Assembly (NCBI RefSeq): GCF_031769215.1
Contig: NW_026781986.1
Location: 310,001-374,000, forward strand
Direction of reading: 5' to 3'
From: Ylistrum balloti
Lineage: Eukaryota
DNA: 64,000 nt
A program made the translations under genes and the position numbers. Shown one piece after another: positions 38,524 to 51,852 of this stretch. A model generated the notes under the pieces. That model was not told the origin of the DNA, ran no database searches, and worked only from the letters and a program-made list of their open reading frames with translations. The first letter of the stretch is position 1. Each line of letters begins with the position of its first letter.

Positions 38524-38619
38524 CAAATTGTCACGCTACAACCCCTCCTGATCCTGAAGCAACATGTGTGGTACCTTAAGGCCCTGTATGTAGGTCACTT
38601 ACAGCTTCATCAATCGGTC

Positions 38620-38845
38620 AAGGACACTTTCCAAAAGTCATGACAGACATGACAAAGTCATCAAAATGGTACCTCGTGCTCACGTGGAATGGCTAGTTCG
38701 ATGTCGATATAATGTGAGCAGGTAGGATATGATACTGATGAATCCAGCTAATGATGTTTCAGTGTGATGGCACTATAAAGACATACGTTAGTGTCTCCGA
38801 CATCAATAGACACCATCTGCACATGACCTTGACTGTTGCGAGGAA
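38620..38845 (+). mobile_element. Degenerate SINE body (Deu/Nin-like core and tail)
   Basis: aaaatggtacc...tataatgtga...ttcagtg...gcactataaa...gacacc...atgacc..actgttg resembles mollusc SINE bodies from memory; not verified. Confidence 0.35.
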
Positions 38846-39989
38846 GTTCAACTTCTATCAGATAAATAAATAAAGGTCCTCTCAACAGCCAGGATGAGAT
38901 TGCACAACTGGGAAATCAAATCCTTTGCCAGTGAAATGGACTGATCCATTTCCGCTATATAACATATGCTCAGTTTGTGACTTTTGATGTAATTGGACCA
39001 CAGGGATACCACGCTCTTGTTCTCCCCTGCCAGAGAAATGGACTGCTCCATTCCCGCGCAGTTTGAAACCTTTTATTGTATTGGTTTCTTCCTAAACTCC
39101 CGTTTTGATATGGCCCTGTCTGTGACGAGACCGTTAAGCCCTAACCAATTAACTTGAATGCTTATTCTTCTTGTTTTCAGCTCTTTGATTGCAATTTTTC
39201 ACTCATCTAGAGCGAGTGACCAGGAAGGTTCCTATTACACCCTACTCCACAGTTTCACGTGTGAGGAAACCAAATGTATTCTGAATCTCATTAACGGTGT
39301 AATGATAGGAACCAATCTCATTAATTATATCATAAATCTCTGTGTTGAAGATAAAGATCTCCAAAAAATCTGATCGACTTTGGTGTAGGCCTGTAGTCAT
39401 GAGTCTATCATGATAAAATACATTGGATGACCCCGTAATAAGGCTTCAGTTTGTCTTTGCTGAAAATAATGATTTTGTTTATACGTCAAAATTATCTTGT
39501 CAATATATTTCGGAATACGCAGTTCTCCGGATTGTGAGAAAGTTTCATAACATAGGTTAGCTATACCCAATCTGAATTGAAATTTCGGATTATCCAAGTT
39601 TATTTTACACTGAAATATTCCATTGTATCATGATCCGGCTTTCAATCTTTGGTGAATTTCACTGGCACAACATTTTGAAAAAAAAAATCAATGTTTTTTG
39701 CAAGCGTGAATGTTGATCACTTTCAATGTTGCTTCCATTAGGGATAAAGCCTTATTAACATGCGAGATCTATTTTGACATTCTGCGGCCGCAACCGATCT
39801 ATCTTCTGCTGTCAACACACCAATTATATCCCATTTCTCTAGCAACGGCAACGTTTAAATTCGAGGCAATCGAATTTATCAAAACATATTTTAGCAGGTA
39901 CAGCATCAAATTCATGTTAACTAATTGGCTGACAAATGGATTTGCTTGTGGCGAGGCGGAAAAAAACATAAGTGTATTTGGATTCCAAT

Positions 39990-40275
39990 TTACAAATTTG
40001 GAATGCATAAAGCACACGGCAGCAAACACTTAGGCGACCATGACTTGTTGACACTATCCCGGAGACGCTTAAGTATGGATTCTCGCGCGCGATCCCGGTA
40101 GTCGTATTGGGAGCAGTTGTTATCAAAAGTCATGTCATTTCTAACTTTGGTAATTTGGATTTCGGAATGCATACGTTCATTGGCACAGCAACAAACACTT
40201 ACGTGGAAGTGACTTGTTGACACAATCCAGAAGACGCTTAAGTACAGATCTCCGCGCGCGATCCTTGGCGGTAAT
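39990..40275. repeat. 169-bp degenerate tandem duplication
   Basis: gacttgttgacac..tcc.ga.gacgcttaagta...cgcgcgcgatcc at 40042 and 40211. Confidence 0.85.
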
Positions 40276-40829
40276 TCGGCTTGTTCCCATGGGAACGGAT
40301 TTTATCAAATGGCTTGTCATTCTTGCTTTTAACTTATCTCTTCCAATAGTCCCACAGATATTAGTCATTATTGGCTGTTCTTGAAAACTCGATCCCGTAG
40401 GAGTAATTGTATTGGAATTCCAATAATAGAAATTTGGTAAAATTGTGTGGTAGTTCAAGATTATATACACTTCCCTTCATCGCCCGTACATTGGAATTCA
40501 GGACCTGTCAATCAGTCTCGATTGTTTATAGGAACACGTGATGCTCCAAATAAAACATGTTTGCATACATGTAAATGTCAAATGTAAGGTCCGTTAGGGA
40601 TGGCACGGGACACTGCCTGAATTTCTGTGTAGTGAGGAAAATTTGAGTCGAGTTGTGTTTTTGTGAACCTGGTAGCATAGTGTGACGTAAAAATCGATAT
40701 AGTGCCAGAAATTTGAAGTGAGGTCTCGGCAAATAAAGAATGCTATACTGTAAAAATCTGATACAATGTCTCTCGCAATGATTAATTCACAAATAAATGT
40801 ATAATGTTACTCATTTGTCTGTGTAGTTT

Positions 40830-41670
40830 AAACTCGATACACGTCACTAATCTGTGTCTATACACTAAAACTCGATACAACGTCACTCATCTGTCTCTGT
40901 ACACTAAAACTCGATACAATGTTACTCGTCTGTCTCTAAACACTAAAAATCGATACAACGTCACTCATCTGTCTATATACACTAAAACTCGATACAACGT
41001 CACTCATCTGTCTCTATACACTAAAACTCAATACAATGTCACTCATCTGTCTCTATACACTAAAACTCGATACAACGTCACTCATCTGTCTCTATACACT
41101 ACAACTCGATGCAATGTCACTCATCTGTCTCTATACACTTAAACTCGATACAACGTCACTCGTCTGTCTCTAAACACTAAAAATCGATACAACGTCACTC
41201 ATCTGTCTCTATACACTTAAACTCGATACAACGTCACTCATCTGTCACTGTACACTAAAACTCGATACAATGTTACTCGTCTGTCTCTAAACACTAAAAA
41301 TCGATACAACGTCACTCATCTGTCTATATAGACTAAAACTCGATACAACGTCACTAATCTGTGTCTATACACTAAAACTCGATACAATGTCACTCATCTG
41401 TCTCTAGACACTTAAAATCGATATAACGTCACTCATCTGTCTATATACACTAATACTCGATACAACGTCACTCGTCTGTCTCTAAACACTAAAAATCGAT
41501 ACAACGTCACTCATCTGTCTATATACACTAAAACTCGATACAATGTCACTCATCTGTCTCTAGACACTTAAAATCGATACAACGTCACTCATCTGTCTCT
41601 ATACACTAAACTTGATATAATGTCACTCATCTGTCTTGTTATACTAGAATTCATATAACGTCACTCGTCT
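40830..41670. repeat. 39-bp minisatellite (about 21 copies)
   Basis: Unit aaactcgatacaacgtcactcatctgtctctatacacta; the 13-aa periodic ORF is a by-product. Confidence 0.97.
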
Positions 41671-43076
41671 TTATACACTACAACCAGTTTTATTATCCCT
41701 CGTCTGTAGGAGTGCTGAAGCAGACTCGGCATTTGAGGTTGGATATTCGAATAACGATTCCACAGTCTGCAACGAAATGACATTCATGATTTTTATTTCC
41801 TTTTTTTCTGAAAAGTTTGCTCCAAATACAAAAATAGTGGTCATTTCATAAATACAATTAATACAATCAATCGTTAGGAGTCGAATAATGAATGCACAGT
41901 TGATGGTAGGTTCGTCATTCGAATCTCCAGTAACGAATCCGCTGTGGTTACGTAACAATATGTCAAGAGTTAGATGGTGACATTAATGGATGACATGAAC
42001 GCCATTCGAATATGACAGTTGCATATTTATTTATTGATTGATTTAGCTAATGAGTTTCTTTACATCAAAGCCGTAACATGGTCGATACCGCTCGGAGATG
42101 AATTCTTACTTATGTAAAATATCTCTAAAAGATCGGAGACGAAAACGCGTAAAGCTATATCGAGCAATTCCTTTTATGGAAATCAGTGTTACTAGATCGT
42201 CTTCATTGAAAGTACATTTGCGTGCAAATTGGTTTGAATTTGTTAAAAACAACTACCTGTTTTCCTTTTATTTAGATGAGAAACAAATCGGATGTTTGTC
42301 TTGCTCGGAAACGCTTCATCACTTAAAGTGTTCGTTTCGGCTATATCCCTTCAATATACATACGTTCGCTCACGTCGACAGGAAAACATGATAGTTTTAA
42401 AGACATATTGTTATCGATAGATTTTCCTTGTATAAAAAGCCTCGCTGAAAGCTAAGCCCGTCTGTAAGCAAGTTACACGGTAATGTGTTGCGTGTACACG
42501 ATATTAACGTGTCCGTCATCAAAGATTTTAGTTCCGCTGTCCGCATACATCCGCATTTAGTAACGTCATATATAAGACGACCAACGAGTATTACTCGGGC
42601 ACTTCCGGAAACCAATGAAAAGTTTCCGAGATCAATACATTTTATCTGGCACAGATCTGTCACCAAATATCGAGATATTTGAGTTGATTATACAGGATAA
42701 ATATTCGACAGGAAATGATGGTCCTTGTATCGCCAGATAAGTTGACAGTGAGAAAATCTTAATTACTTTTAATTCCTATTTATTTGTAAAGATCCGTTTG
42801 GAAGTCATCTGACTCCATCTCTATTACTAATAGAAGTTCCATGGATTCATGCTTTTGCCAAGAGATTATTTCTAGCATTGGAAATGATAGTAGTGGCACA
42901 GTGATATGTTTTAACGACATCGTGTTTAAAAATTATTTCATTCGCTTGACTTGATTATGTCGCGTGACGTGGACAAAAACGTAATTCCACAAAATGGAAA
43001 AATGGTGGTTAATATAGCTCTCGCTGTAGAAAGAACGATTTTCTTATTTTTGTTTTACACCTGTAAATTGAAACTT

Positions 43077-44219
43077 TACGGTGGCTGATTTGTGCCGTGT
43101 CGTTATTTAGTATTTTCGCCGCGAAAAGACGACAAATAACAAACCCTCTCAAAGACGAATAGTCGACAAATCACAAGGGAAAGGATGAGATAAATGCAGG
43201 CTAACTAGTGAAACTGGTTTAGATACGCTTTCGAATCGTTGTAAAGGAAGAAAATGAATAACAAACTCCAGATTATTTAAACGATCTCTTGCCACCTATT
43301 GTTGCAGATAATAACCGATACAATCTTAGAAATAACAATGATTGTAGAGTTCCTCTATTTGGGCTTTCTCTTACAAACCTCTCTTTTATACCTTCTGCGC
43401 TTCGTAGCTGGAACTTGTTAGATTTCTCTGTACGGTCACTGCCTTCCATAAATTTGTTTAAAACCTCATTTACTTTAAATTCACAACAATCCCCACCTAT
43501 CTATTTTAGTTATGGTGAACGGAAGTTAAACGTAATAAACACTAAACTTAGACACAGTTGTAGTTCCTTAAATATCGAGTAAATCTTATCGAAAATCCAG
43601 TTTGCTCCTGTGGACATCCTTGTGAGAATGCCTTTCACTTCTTCTTTGAGTGTCAAACTTTCAGAAATGAAAGACGCACTTTGTTTCATAATCTGGCTGA
43701 ATTAGACGTAGATTTGAATTTAGAGCTTCTTTTGTTTGGTAGTATTGATCTTTCTGAGGACCTAAACTATTTTGTCTTTAGACATGTGCAAAATTTCATT
43801 AAATCCAGCAAAAGATTTTAAAAGATTCTTATACATGTATGTGTCTGCGTGTGAATGCTTAATATGTATAATTTATGTTTAAGCCTATAATTTTATAAGC
43901 ATGTATTTGAAAATGTATGATGTAGCTCTAATAAGTTGTAATAACTTGTGCCCAATTCCCTTGTTCAAATTAATTTTGGCAATAAAATATGTTTAAACTA
44001 ACTAAACTATCTAGTGACCTTATTTTACGTATTTTCGGTTATTAAAATCTCGTCTTTCCGTCTTTTCATGTTTTCTTCCCGAAAAGACGAGAATTAACAA
44101 ACCTTAAATATTGTCTTTTCAGGGCCAAAAACGATTATAACGTGAATTAAGGTTAGTTGATTATCATCTTTTCGCGGCAAAAAGACGAAATAACGAAATG
44201 GCACATATCAGCCACCGCA
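43077..44219. mobile_element. MITE (probably TA-flanked, Tc1/mariner-type) with ~60-bp imperfect TIRs, interrupted by a LINE fragment
   Basis: Left tacggtggctgatttgtgccgtgtcgttattt..; right ..aaataacgaaatggcacatatcagccaccgca; internal cgaaaagacga repeats. Confidence 0.8.
43205..44017 (+). mobile_element. 5'-truncated CR1-clade LINE (end of ORF2, 3' UTR and tail)
   Basis: Translates across one frameshift as PDYLNDLLPP..RYNLRN..SFIPS.LR.WN.L..TKLRHSCSSLN..CSCG..ENAFHFFFEC..RF*; then aataaa and an (aaact)n tail; 7-bp direct repeat ctagtga at 43205-11 and 44011-17. Confidence 0.85.
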
Positions 44220-45519
44220 AAAACTATGTACCTTGCAATACTTGTTATACTTGGCGACAGTATTTTCTATATATATCTTGTGTTCAGCTTCCGAATGTAA
44301 CTCTGGTATTTGCCTGATCAGCAAGATTTAACCGTTTTTTCTTTATTGAACAGTTTAACCGACGTCGCGCTCTCAAGATTTATTCAAGTTTTATTCATTT
44401 TGTCTAATTGAACATTTTTGCCGGTGTAGATCTCTCCAGGAAAAAAATACGTCTGTTATGAATTTAGCCTTTTAAAACATTAGTCCGATACATGTTAGAT
44501 TCACTATCTCAGTATAAGCGTAGCTATGGAAAATCGGTCGGTTGATAAAACGTGCCCAGACGCCATCTACTGACAAAACATCCGGTTCGGGAAGCCCGTT
44601 CCTGTTTCATTGCCCATGGATGGCTTCCGAATTTCACCGGGAGTTGTGTATCGGAAATTAAATTGTCAAGTTTGACCTTAGTGAAAGCAATGTTGAGACT
44701 TAGTTTACTGGCTGAGAGCTACGCGTGATTGATTAAAGAGTCTACAGCCCTCCGGACCTTAATTCGTGTTTGTCTCCGACAGATGGCGCTCGTGACGGAC
44801 CATCCTCGATCACTGATGTTCTGGGCTGTCGACCTCATGGTAACGAGGTTGACATTAATTCGGGTGCTATCTTTCGGCACGAATCATGGGTATTATTCAT
44901 TGTCAATTGTTCGGAGTTACCAGGGACCTCTGTAAACTTTTGTAGACATTGCTTTGAACAAACAGTCTGGATTTCGATAGCCTCTGCTCTAAAACACGTC
45001 GTCTCGGAAGGAAATTACTTTTCCAGAAGTTCGGTCAATATTGTGATCTGATTGTGTATATCAAATAGTGCACAGTGAATAAATGGCTGGATGAAATGAG
45101 AAGGGGTTTTCGGCACTAATTCCGGTCGATATAAACTAATGACCTTTATTTACATGCTCCCAACAGACTGTCTCGCTCGTTATCATATTGTCAAATTACA
45201 TTTTGTCTGCCTGTCCTTACAAGCATTAAATTAGTTCCCATATCAGATTCGGGGAGAGCTGATTTGACTATCAAGTGAAAAGTGCGAGTCTACACAGTCA
45301 AATCCGCGTGTAACAAAAATTACAATTAATGACACCAACTCAATGGACACAGAACTGTTCAAGTATATATCACAGTTATATCCATCAATGGGCGGAACAA
45401 GACGAAAACGTACAGAATTGAATGAAAGAGGAGAGAAGTGCGCCACATTTTACGTTGGAGTCTCCGAATAGCAAAGTCTGTGTTCTCCGTCCGGTTAAGT
45501 AGCATTTCATATCATACTC

Positions 45520-46455
45520 TTTAACTATTCACTCCTATACCTATATCTAGTACTCAACCTACAAGCCTATATCTAGTCTTCAGCCTACAAGCCTATATCT
45601 AGTCCTCAACCTACAAGCCTATATCTAGTCCTCAATCTACAAGTGTATATCAAGTTCTCAACCTACACGCCTATTTGTAGTCCATGAACTACATTCCTAC
45701 ATCCGTTCCTAAACCTACGTCACTTTATCCAGTAATCTACCTAAACGCCTAAATCTAGCCCCTAATCTTCTCGCCTATATCTAGTTCTCAATCTTCACTC
45801 CTGTTTATAGTCCATGAACTTCAATCCTATATTAATTTTCCTAACCTAAATCCCTGTAAGTAGTTCTCAACCTTCACAACTACATCTTGTTGTCAACCTA
45901 CACGTCTATATCTAGTCCTCAAAATACACTCCTCTATCTTTCTTAACGCGCATACCTTTATGTAGTCTTCAACCTATATCCCTTTACCTTGTCCTCAATC
46001 TACATTCCTATATCTAACCATCAACGTACATGAACATCCTTGTATATAGTCATTTGATATCTCTCACTTAATTCCTACTTTCTATGCCTGTATATCTCCA
46101 TTAATCTAAATACTTATATCTAATCCTTAGACAACATTCCTACAGTATCTAGTCCACAGCGTACAATCCTACGTCCTGTCCTCAACTCACATCCCTATAT
46201 CTAGCCCTCAGTTTACACGCATATATCTAGTCCGTAATCTGAACTGTTTTACAGTCCTCAACCAACATTCCTACATCAAGTCATCAATTTACTCCTATAT
46301 CTAATCCTCAAGTTGCACGCCTATTTATACTTTTCAGCCTACACGCCTATAGATAGTCATTTACCTAAGCTCCTATTTCTAATCCTTAGCCAATATTCCT
46401 TTCTCTAATTTTAACTTACTCTCCATATCTTTGCTCTCAGCCGACCTGCCTATAT
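45520..46455. repeat. Degenerate 26-bp minisatellite
   Basis: ctatatctagtcctcaacctacaagc with 26-nt period at 45541 and 45567, decaying rightward. Confidence 0.88.
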
Positions 46456-46462
46456 CGTGATT

Positions 46463-46612
46463 GGTGGTTGTGTGGTGCAGTTTCAACACACTCGCCTTTC
46501 ACTTAGACATCCGGCGTTCGATTTCCGGCGCGGACGTGAAAAGGTATGTTGTTACCTGTCTGACTACGTGGGTTTTCCCCGGGTACTCCGGTTTCCTCCC
46601 ACATTAAGACAC
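46463..46612 (+). mobile_element. tRNA-derived V-domain SINE (head plus V core)
   Basis: Box-A-like tggttgtgtggt, box-B-like gttcgatttcc, then gtgggttttccccgggtactccggtttcctcccaca. Confidence 0.8.
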
Positions 46613-47685
46613 GTCAAATATTGTGCAATAAATAAATTTCTTTTGTTTATATTTCGTTTCCATCATACGACCTATAATTTCCCTTTTACCAATCACTTTC
46701 CTATTATCTAGTATTGACACCTAACCTTCTCCTATATCTTGTTCGCAATCATCATTTTCTTTCATTTATGTCACATTTCAAACTACTTCCACACCTAATA
46801 GAAAGTTTCACGCGATTCAACCCAACTTGTTGATCGGTTTTTATGTTTATTCTACAAAACTGCAGTCTGATATTTATGAGTCGAACAAAGAGAGATAAAT
46901 ATCTATCGATTTTTCAGTATAAAGTGTGTGAAGCTCGGCTTAACGTAAAGATTTGGCATAATACAAGCATAGGCACCAATAACGATAATTAGATAGATAG
47001 CACGTGCTTAGCACGCGCTCCGCTTGTAAGTATCAGGTAGCCAATGGCTTTCAAAATTTAACTAACACAAGTATTCTTTTATGATGTGGGGTCTATTATC
47101 TCACCACTGTAATAGTGGCGTCGCGTCTCATGTTTTCTAACTAATGGTGGTTTTAAAAGATAGTTTTGACAATCAATAAACTTTTTTACCTTTCGGTGCA
47201 GAAGAGTGCTGAGTATTTTAGGCGCGTTTGAAGCCCGATTGTATTTATTGCTTTTCTCGAGTCGTCGTTTGCTGTTGATAAAATTGTGGTGTTTATTCTG
47301 TGATTTTATTGTTTTCTTGTGCAACGTGATAGGAATATTGACAAACTGTCAGAAATACAGCACATTGATTTACATGGTGAATATTTCAGACTTTCTATCA
47401 GTGGAGAAACATTGTGAATGTACATGGGACGAAGAAAATAGATATTTATGAGCTCGTTAAGTTCTCGTGTTTTCTTATTTGACGAGAGTTTGCCTATGAC
47501 CTCTCACGCCATGTGATCAGTGTGATTTATGATGTCTGTGACATTCATACGCTTTGGAATGTTTTTTAATTGACATAATTCAGAGGAATCTGTTTTGCAG
47601 TACTCCGATTCCATATTTGTTTGAAATAAACCACGGCTTCGTACAAGAAATGCAGTTCACGGCAGTTAACGTTTAGAAGGACACG

Positions 47686-47756
47686 CCGGAACCGGAAATA
47701 AATAGCCTAAAATTGGAAATTCTAAGGCCACCAAAGGGACCATCATTAAGGTAAGA
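47686..47756 (+). promoter_or_regulatory. Tandem ETS-like sites followed by a strong 5' splice site (possible non-coding first exon)
   Basis: CCGGAACCGGAAAT at 47686-99; AAG|GTAAGA at 47751. Confidence 0.3.
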
Positions 47757-50700
47757 TAGTCAATTTGAAAATTAAGCAGAACTTATGTTTCCATTACTGA
47801 GATGTGGTATTGGGATAGTTGATCCACTAGATAAATAAATAAATAATATTGGTTACTTTTGATACTGAAATACAGTAAGATTTATTCAGAAGGTACACCT
47901 ATCAAAGTAATATTGAAGTAACGTATTTTTGCGGGGAAAGAGTCAACACAAAACTAGCAACGATTTTCACGACACAGACAGTACCGTGTCTCTAAAAAAA
48001 CTCTGAATGATTGAAGATTCGACCCAAGAAATTTCTTTCTCGAACTGAGACTGTAACACAAGATTGGTCTATCAAAAAGGACCAATGTATTTTTTTTTCA
48101 ATTCTCGTCAAATATTGAAGTAATAATTTCTTATGACGTAGTCCTCATATTTTGTCCAAAACCGGTGACGTAGTATAAATATGCTGACTATTTATTAACT
48201 ACATATAAAATATGCTGAAAATTTGTTTTATGTAAATATCCACAAATCGACACGTTGCACACTAAACAATAAATAAGAAGGTTTCATTAACAAGACAATT
48301 CAATTATTGTACATTCAATCCATTGACAAACGTAGTCGGCATTTTCCCAACACCTCGTGGAGAGTCAGAAGACTTTATTTTGTGAAAGCTTCACATCAAG
48401 AGCAGAGTTTCAAGCATCTATGTGACTATAAATCAAGTTTAGACTGATGCTTGGGACGTTTCTTTACAAATGTGCGTCTTCCAAACATTCTGGTACATTA
48501 AGTTTGTAGTGTTCTTTACAACGCTTTGATGTATACACATTTGGGGAATGACTGTAGCGTTCAAGCTCCCTCCAAGCTGGCGTTTAGGATTGACACTTAT
48601 TTAGACAGATCTCTGATAAGAGAAAACACAAATAGAAGCGACTACAGCATCTGAAAACTGATGAAAGATTTTTTTTGAAAGAAATGTGCTGACATATCCT
48701 TTTAAAGATAAACTACATCACAGCCCTGTCCACTGTCGGGTCTACAGGGTATGAAGCGCTTTTGAACTCTAGTTATCAGTTTCGATTTATTTCGGCGTCT
48801 GGGGATTTTTTGTTTTTGTTTCATAAGCTTTTGAAGTAATAGTTGAGTTGTCATTTATTACGAGGCAACCTTTGGTGAAAATAAATCTTCTTTGGTCACG
48901 AATTTAGTACTACACGAAATTATGTGCAATAAACAAAAAAAGAAGAAAGGAGATGGAGAGATACCATATTATATTCAATCGCGTTTTTTAAAATAACGAT
49001 GTGAAAATATCCCCATTAGTTTTAACATGATCATTTGACAAAGTAGCTTTCATACCCAGGAAGTAATTGAATTTTGGTTGTGCAAGCATGATTTTTTTCC
49101 CATAATTTCAATAAATCAGTCTTTCCTTTCAAATGAAATCTTCTGATAAGTGAGTTTATTAAGGCTATATACTACGTTCCACATCAAACACCAAAAGTAT
49201 GTTAGAATTACCTCCCTTCCCATTTTATGGAGTTATTTCCCTTCGGATTTACATGTTTAATAACTTTTTAGTTTTCCTTTCAATAGATATTTTATTGGAG
49301 CGATAGCCAGAAAGAAATTTTCCCATCGATTTGTAGTTTCTCTTAAGGCTATATACGTCTTTCATACTTTAACTATATCTGGTTTGTCGGGGTTGTATTC
49401 CTTTAAACTATTAAGCGAGATATGTTTTGTTTCTCTATGAAGTTTATTATCATTCTAGCTAATTTGTCATATTAAGTTATACTGAACTACTAGAATCAGA
49501 GAAACAATGAAAAAAAATGACGAAGAGACTTTCATTGTAACTGCCAAGTCGGCTTAAGCAGATGTTTTGTGCGAGATGACTTTCACCAAGCACTCAACTG
49601 TAGATATTTTGTCTCCGTATTAACTTTGTGGAACTCTTTTTTGGGAAAACTACATTTCACAAAAGGCAAAATACACCCTTAACTTTGTCAGATTTAAAAA
49701 AAATGTTGAGGGACTAGTAATTCAACAAGGAGCACAACAACAAAATGTGTTGAAGATGCCATGTAGAATTGTTAAGTCAGCATCGTAAAAAATAAGTGAA
49801 GGGAAGAGATTGCGTGCTACAACCCCGGACTGCATGTATATTTCTCAGGAGGTAGATTTACTCTGTAACACCAATACATTTCGAGGTTGTGAAGTGACAG
49901 GGTTATTAGCTGTTACAGAATAGACGTTATTCGTTTTCCAGACATACGTCGGTGTGAACTGAAGACAGTCATTATTACCGAACGTGGCGAACAGCGCGTG
50001 TCCTTGGATTCACATGAGTCGAAAATGTCTTGTATATAAGGCATCAGTCACGTGCAAATCTAGGATTTAGTACATTTCATCAGAAACCGTGTATCATAAT
50101 TCGAAATTTGTAGGATATTTTGAAGAATTATTTGAAACAGTTTTAGACATAATGTAGATATTTCAGATGGCGATGCCTCTTTCCAACGAAGGAAAGTTCA
50201 CGTATCTGTTTTTTCTTCTATAAGCATAAATTGACAAAATGCAAGGTACAACTAGGAACCCTTTGATTTAACAGTAGACTTGTCTATAACTATCAAAATC
50301 CCATATAAATACTTTGTTATAAGTTTCACGTCCATTACATAAATTACGCTGAGAACAGGTGTGATAACACCTAGCGGAGATGCGATTGGCTGTAGGTTCG
50401 CATAGTTTTAACCGTGACTTGATCAGTATATTATAGATATGCCTATCGGTTGGCCAACGTGGAAGTTAAAGTCATTCAATTATCTGATAAGCACAATAAT
50501 ACATTCACTTCAAATTCCAAACGAAATACACAAAACTCGGTACATATTTTTAAATTTTACAATGGAGACATACAAAAATGATAAAGAAAATAGAATTTAC
50601 TCACAAATACAGATTGAAAAAGAAATTGTGTTACCTTTTCTTTATCTGTTCTAAAACATTATACAAAATCTAAGTATAACTCTGACGACCAGAATAGTGT

Positions 50701-51564
50701 AATTATTTAAAGATATCTATCTCAAACGGGATGAATAAATACTTCCACGTGACATTCTTATATAAAACCACAAATGATATTTTGTTTATTATAAACTAAT
50801 AAATTAATTATTAAGCCCATTTTCTCCTTTTTATAATGGTCATAAAATTATGATAAAGTAATGATGATGATAATAATGTTGCTGTTATAAGCTTTAACAA
50901 TTTATGTGTTCAACAAGCTCCGAAACGGCGGCTACCAGAATTTCTCATCCGCGTTTCGATTCCCAACTATCGGTGTCAATTTCAATTACTATTCCATCTT
51001 GATTCAGTGGAATTTCCGAAATGTCCTTTTCATTTATACATAAGGTTGACCAGATCAACGCCGCGCGTGCATAGGAGCTTGTGTCCAATCATTTCAGACA
51101 GTTTTCCCAAGAAATTAGTCCATGTAATAAGAAGTTCGCAGTTCATTAAATACTTCAATTCATCACTTTGAAATAAAGGAAATACGAGTCTTAGACCATT
51201 AAATCCAATTTCTCATTTTAATGAGTGTTAAATATCTTCTGTCTTAACAATTTGTTTCAATCCCTGTTAAGATCCGAGAACATGTGGCATTCTATAACCG
51301 AAAGTTGGTCATTTGGCTTAGATTATCGCCTGTGAAAAAAACAAACATTTAAAGACGGGGTTTCTTTGTTTTAAGTATGAAACAGGTGGTGGCTACATGA
51401 TTGAAATTCTTGCGGGAGGTCCGTCGAATGTTATATAGAGAAATTGAAGAAATATGCCTTGCCAATGAGCACTTCCGCAACAATGCAAAATGGTCCGTAA
51501 TTTTAGGATGCAACTTCGTGAGACATATTGATTAAGAAATACTCATTGGAAATATCGCAATATT

Positions 51565-51852
51565 CAAACAATTAGAAAGTACCAACACGTGAACATAGTC
51601 ATAATTTCTTGTAAACTCGTATTCAATAAAGCTATGTGAAAATATGAACGAAAACAACATTCACATTGTGACCCCTGAAAAAGCAAAAGGAGAATAAAAT
51701 CAAGTGTTCTGGGAGAGTAAGCGTCTTCTGCTTCATCAACGACGCCTGCCATGTAACTCTTGGTCAATCCAAGTGATATCACTATCTCAGATGAGAACAA
51801 GGTATACAACAATCGAATCAGCAGGCAAACTGACGAGCATCAAACACGCCCA
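51565..51852 (-). mobile_element. Dispersed repeat family X copy
   Basis: Reverse complement ttgatgctcgtcagt...catggcaggcgtcgttgatgaagcagaagacgcttactc matches 60586-60740. Confidence 0.75.

Noticed and set aside
39390-40470. Mab-21/cGAS-like similarity (HEFDAVP, SHLIKSV, LLDCV..IPNL)
   Set aside because: The motifs are in the wrong order for that family and the resemblance is weak.
36075-41670. 34-bp and 39-bp repeats as CRISPR arrays
   Set aside because: Units are head-to-tail with no unique spacers, there are no cas genes, and the context is eukaryotic.
46463-46520. tRNA gene
   Set aside because: Box A/B-like motifs are present but I could not fold a cloverleaf, and the sequence runs into a V-SINE core, so it is a SINE head.
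51830-51850. CTGACGAGCATC in family X (also 60593, minus strand) as a hammerhead
   Set aside because: No GAAA after the putative stem II in either copy.
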